Source of the DNA: Chthoniobacteraceae bacterium
GTDB lineage: Bacteria; Verrucomicrobiota; Verrucomicrobiia; Chthoniobacterales; Chthoniobacteraceae
DNA length: 18,829 nt
NCBI GenBank assembly: GCA_031409655.1
Contig: JANNXQ010000005.1
Location: 1-18,829, forward strand
Direction of reading: 5' to 3'
Positions 1-7,447 of this stretch are shown piece by piece. How positions within the stretch are numbered: the first letter of the stretch is position 1; each line of letters opens with the position of its first letter. The notes below the pieces were generated by a model. That model saw nothing but the letters and a program-made list of their open reading frames with translations, was not told the origin of the DNA and ran no database searches. Both the position numbers and the translations under genes were made by a program.

Positions 1-1
1 G

Positions 2-1990
2 ATCGTGTCCGTCACCGCGCTGCGCGATGCGCCGGGCGGGATCATCGGCTATCTGCTCATCGGGACGGATAACACCGCGCGCAAGCAGGTCGAGGCGGAC
101 CAGAAGCAGCTCGATCAGCGGCTGCGCGACCAGCAGTTTTACACGCGCTCGCTCATCGAATCGAACATTGACGCGCTGATGACGACCGATCCGGCGGGCA
201 TCATCACCGACGTGAACAAACAGATGGAGGCGCTCACCGGCTGCACGCGCGATGAGCTGATCGGCGCGCCGTTCAAGAGCTACTTCACCGACCCGGAGCG
301 GGCCGAGGCGGGGATCAAGCTGGTGCTGAGCGAAAAGAAGGTCACCGATTACGAACTAACCGCACGCGCCCGGGATGCGAAGGAGACGGTGGTTTCCTAC
401 AACGCGACCACCTTCTACGACCGGGATCGGAAGCTGCAAGGCGTGTTCGCCGCCGCGCGGGATGTCACCGAACGGAAGCAGGCAGAGCAGGAACTTTCCG
501 AAAAAGCGCGGCTGCTCGATCTGAGCAACGACGCGATCATCGTGCGGGATCTCGATGACCAGATCAGTTCCTGGAACAAGGGCGCGGAGAATCTCTATGG
601 CTGGACTTGCGAGGAAGTGCTGGGGAAGCACCTCGACACGCTGCTCCAGACGGAATTTCCCAAGCCGATGACGGAGATCCTCGAGCAACTGCACAGCGAG
701 GGACAGTTCAGCGGCGAGTTGGTGCAGGTCGCGCGAAATGGCCGGAGGGTGGCCGCGCTTTGTCGCTGGGTTTTGGATCGCGGCACGGAGTCGATCCTGA
801 CGAGTTACACGGATATCACCGAACGCCGCATGCTGGAAGAGTCACTGGCCGCGCGCGCTGCGGACCTGGTCCGGGCGGATCGCAGCAAGGATGAATTTCT
901 CGCCATGCTCGCGCATGAGTTGCGCAATCCGCTCGCGCCGCTGCGCAATGCCGCGGAGGTCCTGCAGACGGAGGGCGCGAGCGCCGAGGAGTGCGGGCAC
1001 GCGCAGGACATCATCCGCCGGCAGATTGAAAACATGACGCGAATGATCGACGACCTGCTCGATGTCTCGCGCATCACCGAGGGGAAGATCGAGCTGCGCC
1101 GGCAACCGGTGGCGCTCGCGGACATCCTCACCGCCGCAGCCAGCGTGGCGCGCTCCGGGATCTCGGCCCGGCGCCAGGAGCTGGCCCTTTCGCTGCCCCG
1201 CGAGGCGATCTTTCTGAGTGCGGATGCCACGCGGCTCGAGCAGGTCTTCGGCAATCTCCTCGGCAATGCCTGCAAATACAGCGACGCCGGCTCGACCATT
1301 TCACTGAGCGCCGAACGCGCTCCGGCCACGGGAACGGAACCGGCGGAAGTCATCGTGCGCGTGCGCGACACCGGCATGGGCATCGCGCCGGAACTGCTGC
1401 CGCACATCTTCGATCTCTTCGTGCAAGCCACTCGCGCGCTCGACCGCGCGCATGGCGGCCTCGGCATCGGCCTCACGCTCGTGCAGCGGCTCGTGAAGCT
1501 GCACGGCGGCAGCGTCGAGGCGTGCAGCGCAGGACTCGGTCACGGCAGCGAATTCATCGTGCGTCTGCCGACCCTGGCCGCGCCGCCCGCCGAACTTTCT
1601 CCGCCCACGGTGCCGTCGGCGCACGAGGCGCCCCGCCGCATCCTCATCGTGGACGACAACGAAGACTCCACCCGCAGCATGGCGATCCTCCAGCGCCGGC
1701 GCGGCCATGAAACGCGCACCGCTTTCACCGGCCCGGATGCCGTCGCCGTCGCCGCCGAATTTTTGCCCGAAGTCGTCCTGCTGGACATCGGTCTGCCCGG
1801 CATGGATGGCTTTGAAGTCGCCCGCCGCCTGCGCGCCATGCCCGCGCTGGCCGGCGCCTTCCTCGTGGCGATGAGCGGCTACGGCAGTAATGAAGACCGC
1901 GTCGAGGCACGCGCCGCCGGCTTCGACGAATACCTGGTCAAGCCCGTGGATCTCACCGTCCTGCGCACCTGGCTGCGGAGCCGGTCTTGA
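2..1990 (+). CDS. PAS/PAC hybrid sensor histidine kinase with C-terminal receiver domain (5' end outside window)
   Basis: Frame is open from the window edge. Two PAS/PAC units ending DVTERK and DITERR; HisKA H-box EFLAMLAHELRNPL; HATPase boxes NLLGNACKY, DTGMGI, GGLGIGL; receiver ILIVDD...LLDIGLPGMDG...KP. Confidence 0.96.
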   Translation: MVSVTALRDAPGGIIGYLLIGTDNTARKQVEADQKQLDQRLRDQQFYTRSLIESNIDALMTTDPAGIITDVNKQMEALTGCTRDELIGAPFKSYFTDPERAEAGIKLVLSEKKVTDYELTARARDAKETVVSYNATTFYDRDRKLQGVFAAARDVTERKQAEQELSEKARLLDLSNDAIIVRDLDDQISSWNKGAENLYGWTCEEVLGKHLDTLLQTEFPKPMTEILEQLHSEGQFSGELVQVARNGRRVAALCRWVLDRGTESILTSYTDITERRMLEESLAARAADLVRADRSKDEFLAMLAHELRNPLAPLRNAAEVLQTEGASAEECGHAQDIIRRQIENMTRMIDDLLDVSRITEGKIELRRQPVALADILTAAASVARSGISARRQELALSLPREAIFLSADATRLEQVFGNLLGNACKYSDAGSTISLSAERAPATGTEPAEVIVRVRDTGMGIAPELLPHIFDLFVQATRALDRAHGGLGIGLTLVQRLVKLHGGSVEACSAGLGHGSEFIVRLPTLAAPPAELSPPTVPSAHEAPRRILIVDDNEDSTRSMAILQRRRGHETRTAFTGPDAVAVAAEFLPEVVLLDIGLPGMDGFEVARRLRAMPALAGAFLVAMSGYGSNEDRVEARAAGFDEYLVKPVDLTVLRTWLRSRS

Positions 1991-2017
1991 GCGGCGGCTT
2001 TTGGTAGAACAACACCC

Positions 2018-2104
2018 TCAGTCCCGCGGCGATTGACCGCTCACAGCGTCGGATTCGATCAGCGTGCCGTCCATCGCCACGGCGGCGGCGTGGATGTGTT
2101 TCAT
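2018..2104 (-). pseudogene. Probable N-terminal remnant of a HAD-superfamily hydrolase (28 aa)
   Basis: MKHIHAAAVAMDGTLIESD resembles HAD motif I (hhhDxDGTLxDS) with the first Asp replaced by Ala. Stops after 28 aa. Last position in the minus-strand operon, behind an A/C-rich leader. Confidence 0.45.
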
Positions 2105-2126
2105 GGCGGGTTGATTCTTGGGGAAG

Positions 2127-2471
2127 TTAGCGGAAAAGATTTCGGATTCTTCCGCCGAGTTTTTGCAGGCTGCGGTCGAGGTGGAGATCGTGGAAATGTT
2201 CGACGCCATCCCTGACCGTGCTGGTGCCGCTTTCGACTAGGCGATCCGCGTTTCGCCGGACGGGCGCTGCGATGCTGTGCAGCCGGTCCTGAATTTCTTC
2301 GAGCAGGCGGGTCGCGCGACTTTCGATCGGGCGCGGTTGCAGCGCGCGGATGAGAAGACCGGCGGCGAGACCGCAGCCGATCGCGAAGATCAGGGACTGC
2401 GTTGGGTTTTCGCGCGTGAAGCGATTGAGCTTCGACGCGCATTCGGTGGTGGCACTGGATGGTGTGTTCAT
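2127..2471 (-). CDS. Small membrane-anchored protein with DUF883/ElaB-like segment (114 aa)
   Basis: Start reassigned to the ATG at 2471, which overlaps the upstream stop (ATGA). FTRENPTQSLIFAIGCGLAAGLLIR resembles the ElaB/YqjD 'vRenP.a..ia.g.G.l.Gll' anchor. Confidence 0.75.
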   Translation of the reverse strand: MNTPSSATTECASKLNRFTRENPTQSLIFAIGCGLAAGLLIRALQPRPIESRATRLLEEIQDRLHSIAAPVRRNADRLVESGTSTVRDGVEHFHDLHLDRSLQKLGGRIRNLFR

Positions 2472-2743
2472 GGATTGGATGAGCGGTTGGTTTTTTCGGG
2501 GCAGAGTTCCCACGCTTTGAGCAGGCCGAGGAAGAGCAGCGCCGGTCGCACCAGCGTGAAGGCGATGGCGGCGAGCGCGCCAACGATCGCGCTGATGGGA
2601 AGTAGATTGATGAGAAATCCCGCGCCAAACGCGGACGCGACGGCCTTCGCGGGTTCGCGGCGTGCAAAGGCGTCGGCGTGGCGAAGCCACGAGCGATCAG
2701 CGGCGGGATGCGGGGTGATTTTTTCGGAGTCAGTCATATTCAT
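2468..2743 (-). CDS. Hypothetical membrane protein (91 aa), DUF883-like REP..A motif
   Basis: FARREPAKAVASAFGAGFLINLL plus a second hydrophobic stretch. Tight operon spacing with both neighbours. Confidence 0.75.
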   Translation of the reverse strand: MNMTDSEKITPHPAADRSWLRHADAFARREPAKAVASAFGAGFLINLLPISAIVGALAAIAFTLVRPALLFLGLLKAWELCPEKTNRSSNP

Positions 2744-2763
2744 TTTTCTGAAAGCGTCGGGAA

Positions 2764-3267
2764 CTAGCGGACGGCATCCTGGATGGCGTCACCCGCTTTT
2801 TGCGCAGCGTCCTCGATGGAATTGCCCACGCGCTTTGCGGCGTCTTCCACCTTGTCCGCGCCGGATCGCGCATCGACCGGGCCCGACGTGGTGAGCGGCG
2901 CTTTAGCCTGCGCCACGGTAAAGCGCGCCATTTCCGCCGCGCGATACGTCTGGAGATTTTTCAATTTCACCGCGGCCTCTTCCCGACTGTCGCCGGTCCG
3001 CTTCGCCACGAGTTCCTCGAGTTCGGCAATTTCGCCTTCAAGTTCCGCGAGCGCCTTTTTCACGGTCGCGTGATTGGCCGCGGTCGGCTCGCGATCATAC
3101 AAATCGACTACCGAGCCGAGCCGCGAAGTTTCCAGCGTCCGCGTCTTTGCCACGGGCTCTGCGAGCGGCGCGGGCGGTTCGATTTGCACCACCACGGTTT
3201 TGCGCTCGCAACCCGCGGCGGCAAATGTGGCGGCAACAGCGATCAGGGCGAATGTGCGTGGAGTCAT
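2764..3267 (-). CDS. Lipoprotein with coiled-coil middle and LEA-like C-terminus (167 aa)
   Basis: The ATG at 3267 gives signal peptide MTPRTFALIAVAATFAAAG-C (lipobox). Paralog at 17560-17811 supports this start. C-terminal DAAKRVGNSIEDAAQKAGDAIQDAVR. Confidence 0.85.
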   Translation of the reverse strand: MTPRTFALIAVAATFAAAGCERKTVVVQIEPPAPLAEPVAKTRTLETSRLGSVVDLYDREPTAANHATVKKALAELEGEIAELEELVAKRTGDSREEAAVKLKNLQTYRAAEMARFTVAQAKAPLTTSGPVDARSGADKVEDAAKRVGNSIEDAAQKAGDAIQDAVR

Positions 3268-3276
3268 GCCAGTCCC

Positions 3277-3303
3277 ATCGCGAGCGACCCTGTCGGCGGC
3301 TGC
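3277..3303 (-). promoter_or_regulatory. Putative alternative-sigma promoter GCAGCC-N16-GCGAT
   Basis: On the minus strand GCAGCC (3303-3298), 16-nt spacer, GCGAT (3281-3277), then 9 nt to the ATG at 3267. Same boxes and spacing as the site at 4746-4772. Confidence 0.6.
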
Positions 3304-3345
3304 ATGTTTTTTTTGAAAATGCCGCGTCACATTTCCGCATTTGCC

Positions 3346-3372
3346 ACGACCGAATCCGGCGCGGGACGCGAT
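3346..3372 (+). promoter_or_regulatory. Putative alternative-sigma promoter ACGACC-N16-GCGAT
   Basis: ACGACC 3346-3351, 16-nt spacer, GCGAT 3368-3372, then 8 nt to the ATG at 3381. Confidence 0.55.
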
Positions 3373-3380
3373 AAGAGGGC

Positions 3381-3770
3381 ATGAACACGTTACACACCTT
3401 CACTTTCGATGGCTCCTGGCACCAAATCAAAGGCCAGCTCCGGCAGAAATTTGCGCTCCTCACCGACGACGATCTCGAATTCCTGGAAGGCAAAGGCGAA
3501 GAATTGCTCGGTCGTTTGCAGACCAAACTCGGCCTCACGAAAGACGCGCTAATCGCCCTGCTCAACCAATTGAAGGAAGCCGGAACGGAGTTCGCCGGGG
3601 ATGTGAAAGCGACCGTCGCGGGAGCCGCCGAAGAGGCCTACGCACAGACGCGCCAGCGCGTTCGCACGCTGCGCGAAGAGGCGGAGGATTACGTGAGCCA
3701 GCAGCCGCGCAAAGCCCTGCTGACGGCCCTCGCCGCGGGGTTTGTCGCCGGCCTTCTCATGCGGCGGTAG
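3381..3770 (+). CDS. CsbD-family stress protein fused to a DUF883/ElaB-like membrane anchor (129 aa)
   Basis: N-terminal GSWHQIKGQLRQKFALLTDDDLEFLEGKGEELLGRLQTKLG is CsbD/YjbJ-like. C-terminal EDYVSQQPRKALLTALAAGFVAGLLMRR is ElaB/YqjD-like. Confidence 0.9.
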   Translation: MNTLHTFTFDGSWHQIKGQLRQKFALLTDDDLEFLEGKGEELLGRLQTKLGLTKDALIALLNQLKEAGTEFAGDVKATVAGAAEEAYAQTRQRVRTLREEAEDYVSQQPRKALLTALAAGFVAGLLMRR

Positions 3771-3840
3771 TTGATGATTGTCCGACCATTGGAACGATGG
3801 CGAAATCGACCATCGCGCCAATCGAGGCGCGAGAACCTTG

Positions 3841-4281
3841 TTACTTCCGGCGCCCGCATTCGATCTCCGGCGCGTCGGTGTCGCTCCCACCCTGCGCGAG
3901 ATGCTCGCGGGCGAGTTCGGCGAGGTGTTCGTAGTCCTTGCGAATCGATCCCAACTCTTCCTCCGATAGCTCTTCGAGATTGAGCAGCGCAACGTGCGCG
4001 CCCTGGGTCGCGCGGATCAATTCGTCGAGCTTGATCTGAATGGCCTGAGTGTCGCGGTTCTGGCTGTTTTGGATGAGGAAAACCATCAGGAAGGTGATGA
4101 TCGTGGTGCTCGTGTTGATGATGAGCTGCCAGGTGTCGCTGAACCCGAAAACCGGCCCGGTGATGAGCCACAGGACGATCATCCCAAACGCGATGGCGAA
4201 CGCGATCGGTCGTCCAGTCATGATCGCGCACCACTGCGCGAGCCGCTTGAAGGTGGAGGCTGGGCTGGGCTTCGCGACCAT
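3841..4281 (-). CDS. Low-affinity iron permease family protein (Fet4-like)
   Basis: Family signature GPVFGFSDTWQLIINTSTTIITFLMVFLIQNSQNRDTQAIQIKLDELIRA. Start overlaps the upstream stop (TAATG). Confidence 0.93.
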   Translation of the reverse strand: MVAKPSPASTFKRLAQWCAIMTGRPIAFAIAFGMIVLWLITGPVFGFSDTWQLIINTSTTIITFLMVFLIQNSQNRDTQAIQIKLDELIRATQGAHVALLNLEELSEEELGSIRKDYEHLAELAREHLAQGGSDTDAPEIECGRRK

Positions 4282-4736
4282 TATCCCTCAATCGTCGGGT
4301 TATCGATGCCCAAAGCCCCCGCCAAATCGGTCAGGTGCTCCTGCTCTTGGGCGATGATTTTTCGCAACACTTCGCTCAACCCAAACTCGCCCATCGCCTC
4401 CGCCTGCCGAATCCTTTCGCGGTAATGGAGGATGGTCACTCGTTCGTTTTCGAGATCGTAGCGCAACATGTCCTCCGCCTTGTCGGACATTTTCACTTCC
4501 TTCGGCATCGTCGCGGGAGTGCCGTTGAAGTAATCGACCTGCTTGGCGATCTGCATGGCGTGGCTGAGTTCCTCGGTGGCGTGGACCGCCAGCTCCCGCG
4601 CGATGTCCGAAAATGCCGCGCCTTTAATCGTCTGACTGTAAACTGTGTACGCAATAATGGCTTGGTATTCGCGTGCAAGATCCTCGTTGAGGAGTTCGAT
4701 CATTCGTTCGCGGGTAATCTTTAATTCCTGGTTCAT
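4281..4736 (-). CDS. Ferritin-like (bacterioferritin-related) di-iron protein
   Basis: Four-helix di-iron pattern: LNEDLAREYQAIIAY, EELSH, DLENE...Y, EQEH. Confidence 0.92.
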   Translation of the reverse strand: MNQELKITRERMIELLNEDLAREYQAIIAYTVYSQTIKGAAFSDIARELAVHATEELSHAMQIAKQVDYFNGTPATMPKEVKMSDKAEDMLRYDLENERVTILHYRERIRQAEAMGEFGLSEVLRKIIAQEQEHLTDLAGALGIDNPTIEG

Positions 4737-4745
4737 GCTGTTGGA

Positions 4746-4772
4746 ATCGCAGCGCGCTCAAGCGGTGGCTGC
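4746..4772 (-). promoter_or_regulatory. Putative alternative-sigma promoter GCAGCC-N16-GCGAT
   Basis: On the minus strand GCAGCC (4772-4767), 16-nt spacer, GCGAT (4750-4746), then 9 nt to the ATG at 4736. Confidence 0.6.
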
Positions 4773-4803
4773 GTTTCATTCGTTGGAACGTCGGAAATAA
4801 GAT

Positions 4804-4830
4804 GCGACCGGCGCGCGCCCAGGATGCGAT
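4804..4830 (+). promoter_or_regulatory. Putative alternative-sigma promoter GCGACC-N16-GCGAT
   Basis: GCGACC 4804-4809, 16-nt spacer, GCGAT 4826-4830, then an A-rich leader to the ATG at 4850. Confidence 0.55.
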
Positions 4831-4849
4831 TCACTGGAAAACACAACCT

Positions 4850-5188
4850 ATGAAAACACTCATTGCATTCACCACCATCGGAGCCGCGCTGATAGGATTT
4901 ACCGCGTGCGATTCCAAAGTCGAATCCAGCCGCAAAGACGCGCTCGAAAGCAAAGCCGACGCGATGGAAAACAAGGCTGACACCGTCCGGAAGGACAGCA
5001 AGACCGACGCAGCCGACCTGAAGAAACAAGCCACATTGAACGCGGACGCCGATAAGGATGCCGCGAAGGCGCGCGCCGAAGTGGAGAAGAAAGCTGCCGA
5101 ACAGACCGCGGAGAGCGTTCGTAAATCGGGCGAGCAAGCCGCAAAGAATCTCGAAGAAAAGGCGAAAGACACTCGCGAGCAGAAATAG
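4850..5188 (+). CDS. Ala/Lys/Asp/Glu-rich LEA-like lipoprotein (112 aa)
   Basis: ATG at 4850 after leader aaaacacaacct. Signal peptide MKTLIAFTTIGAALIGFTA-C. The mature part is highly charged and helical with no aromatic residues. Confidence 0.85.
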   Translation: MKTLIAFTTIGAALIGFTACDSKVESSRKDALESKADAMENKADTVRKDSKTDAADLKKQATLNADADKDAAKARAEVEKKAAEQTAESVRKSGEQAAKNLEEKAKDTREQK

Positions 5189-5334
5189 CTCTCTGGTTCT
5201 CGCGCTCAGCATCTGCAGGCGGCGCGATGCGTCTGATGTGGCGTTCGTGACACAATTTGGCCCGCTTGCGCTGGCCAGTCTCGTGACTTACTGGCGGGAC
5301 GATTGCATAGGCGACAACGCACGCGGGTTCGGCG

Positions 5335-5562
5335 GTGCCGGAGGCACCATGGAATTTAGCCGGTGGTGAAGCGAGTCCGCGAGCGGGAACCACCGGATGG
5401 CGTCCACAAAAACGAAGGCGCCCCGGCAGGGGCGCTGGAACCACACGCGGGACCGGAAGGCCATCGCCCCTGCCGGGGCGGATTCCCTTTTCACATGGTT
5501 CCGGTGGTTCCCGCTCGCGGACTCGCTTCACCACCGGCTAATTTCCTCAGCGCCTCCGGCGC
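5335..5562. repeat. Nested palindromic intergenic element (REPIN/MITE-like)
   Basis: 47-bp inverted repeat 5351-5397 / 5500-5546 with 1 mismatch. Outer hairpins GTGCC-GGA-GGCAC (5335-5347) and GCGCC-TCC-GGCGC (5550-5562). Inner perfect 16-bp inverted repeat CGCCCCGGCAGGGGCG (5419-5434 / 5465-5480). Confidence 0.9.
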
Positions 5563-5694
5563 GGTCAGCAAGATGATCGCTCCTGTCGTCTATCCTCCAG
5601 CCTTCTCATTACGTGACTCTTTCCACGGCCTGCCTGACAGGACCGGAGTGGATTTGCGTAGTCATCGCAGCGGCTTCCACATCAACTACTGCTA

Positions 5695-7431
5695 ATGCCC
5701 GACTCCGGGAAAACCCACTTGGAACTGTTCAGGAAGTTCTTCGTTCTCGCCAAAGCCTTCTTCAATGGCGGGGCGAAGCGGCAGGCGCGGTTGTGGCTCG
5801 CGGCCTTGCTCGGGCTCTGCGTCGCGGTCGGGGTCGTCCAGGTTTTCCTCAGCTATGCGATGCGGGATTTCGTCACTGCACTCACCCAGCGCGATCACGC
5901 GGCCTGGGTGCGCGGGCTTTGGAAATATGTTGCCGTCTGCCTGGTCTCCGTCCCCGTCGGCGTCTTCTACCGCTTTTCCTCGGAGCGGCTCTCACTCGCC
6001 TGGCGGCGCTGGCTGACGCAGATCCTCATCAAGCGCTATTTTTTCAACCGCGCCTACTACCGCATCCGCGCTTCCGAGAGCGTGGACAACCCCGACCAGC
6101 GCATCGCCGAAGACGTGAAAGGCTTCACCACAAACGTGCTGAATTTCTTCCTCGTCATCGTCAACTCACTCGTGACGCTGGTCGGTTTCGTCGGTGTCCT
6201 ATGGGCCGTATCAGGTCGCCTTGTTGGCGTCCTTTTCATTTACGCCGTGGTCGGCACCGGCGTCTCGATGCTCTTCGGAAGACGGCTCGTGGGGCTCTAC
6301 TTCAACCAGTATCAAAAGGAAGCCACGTTCCGCTACGGTCTCGTCCGGGTGCGCGACAATGCGGAATCCATCGCCTTCTTTCGCGGAGAAAAACGGGAGC
6401 ATCGCGATCTGATCGAACGCCTCAACGAGGTGCTGGAGAACTCATTCTGGATCATCGGATGGACGCGAAACCTGGGCTTCTTCGCCAATGGCTACAACTA
6501 CCTTGCCCTCATCATTCCCGGCCTGATCGTCGGCCCCATGTTCATGCGCGGCGAGGTGGAGTTCGGCGTCGTCACCCAAGCCGAGGGAGCTTTCGCGGCG
6601 GTGCTCGGCGCTGTCTCCATCATCATTGCGCAGATCGAGGGTCTCAGCGCCTTTACCGCCGGCATCCGCCGACTCGCTGATCTTTTGGAAAACCTCGACG
6701 AGTTCGACGCCGAGGATGCCCGCGAGGCCGAGGAAGCGAAGAGCGAAGTCAATGAAGAGGCGCTCCAACTCAAGCTCGACGACGTGACCGTGCAAACGCC
6801 CAGCGGCGACAAAACCCTCACCCAGCACCTCAGCCTCCAGCTTCCCCGGCGCGGCAGCCTGCTCGTCATGGGCGAGAGCGGCTCGGGAAAAAGCTCGCTG
6901 CTGCGCACGATCGCCGGCCTGTGGCACCCCGGCGGCGGCACCATCGATCGACCCGCGCACAACCGCCTCATCTTCCTCCCGCAAAAACCCTACATGGTCC
7001 CCGGCAATCTCCGCGCTCAGCTCATGTATCCGCTCGGCGAGGAGGACGCGAAAGACGACGCCATCCGCGCCGTGCTCGAAAACGTGAACCTTCACGACAT
7101 CTTCGCCCGCGTGGGTAACGACCTCGACAAGATCGTCGATTGGACCAACGTCCTTTCCCTCGGTGAACAACAGCGCGTCGCCTTCGCCCGGCTCTTCCTG
7201 AAAAAGCCCGCCATCGCCTTTCTCGACGAAGCCACGAGCGCGCTCGACGAGGAAAACGAACGCTTCCTCTACGAAAAACTGCGCGCCTCCGGCATCGCCT
7301 TCGTCAGCGTCGGCCACCGCTCCACGCTCAAGGAATTCCACGACCGGCTGCTCCTCCTCAAGAACGATGGCAGCAGCGAGATCGCGCCGCTAACCAAGCC
7401 CGGCGCGGAACCGGCCAGTCACCACTCCTGA
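5695..7431 (+). CDS. ABC transporter, fused permease/ATP-binding, ABCD (YddA/ExsE-like) family
   Basis: DNPDQRIAED; EAA-like EATFRYGLVRVRDNAESIAFFRGE; Walker A GESGSGKS; signature LSLGEQQR; Walker B FLDEATSALD; H-loop VGHR. Confidence 0.95.
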   Translation: MPDSGKTHLELFRKFFVLAKAFFNGGAKRQARLWLAALLGLCVAVGVVQVFLSYAMRDFVTALTQRDHAAWVRGLWKYVAVCLVSVPVGVFYRFSSERLSLAWRRWLTQILIKRYFFNRAYYRIRASESVDNPDQRIAEDVKGFTTNVLNFFLVIVNSLVTLVGFVGVLWAVSGRLVGVLFIYAVVGTGVSMLFGRRLVGLYFNQYQKEATFRYGLVRVRDNAESIAFFRGEKREHRDLIERLNEVLENSFWIIGWTRNLGFFANGYNYLALIIPGLIVGPMFMRGEVEFGVVTQAEGAFAAVLGAVSIIIAQIEGLSAFTAGIRRLADLLENLDEFDAEDAREAEEAKSEVNEEALQLKLDDVTVQTPSGDKTLTQHLSLQLPRRGSLLVMGESGSGKSSLLRTIAGLWHPGGGTIDRPAHNRLIFLPQKPYMVPGNLRAQLMYPLGEEDAKDDAIRAVLENVNLHDIFARVGNDLDKIVDWTNVLSLGEQQRVAFARLFLKKPAIAFLDEATSALDEENERFLYEKLRASGIAFVSVGHRSTLKEFHDRLLLLKNDGSSEIAPLTKPGAEPASHHS

Positions 7432-7447
7432 TCCGATTCAGCACGCG

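Noticed and set aside
3307..3314. T8 tract as a phase-variation site
   Set aside because: Short, and outside both predicted -35/-10 spacers. More likely an AT-rich upstream element between divergent promoters.
5335..5562. Possible CRISPR array or simple terminator; also overlapping ORFs 4899-5534, 5335-5541 and 5363-5695
   Set aside because: The repeats are inverted rather than direct with spacers, there are no cas genes and no T tail. The mirrored ORF starts (MVKRVREREPP on both strands) are artefacts of the palindrome.
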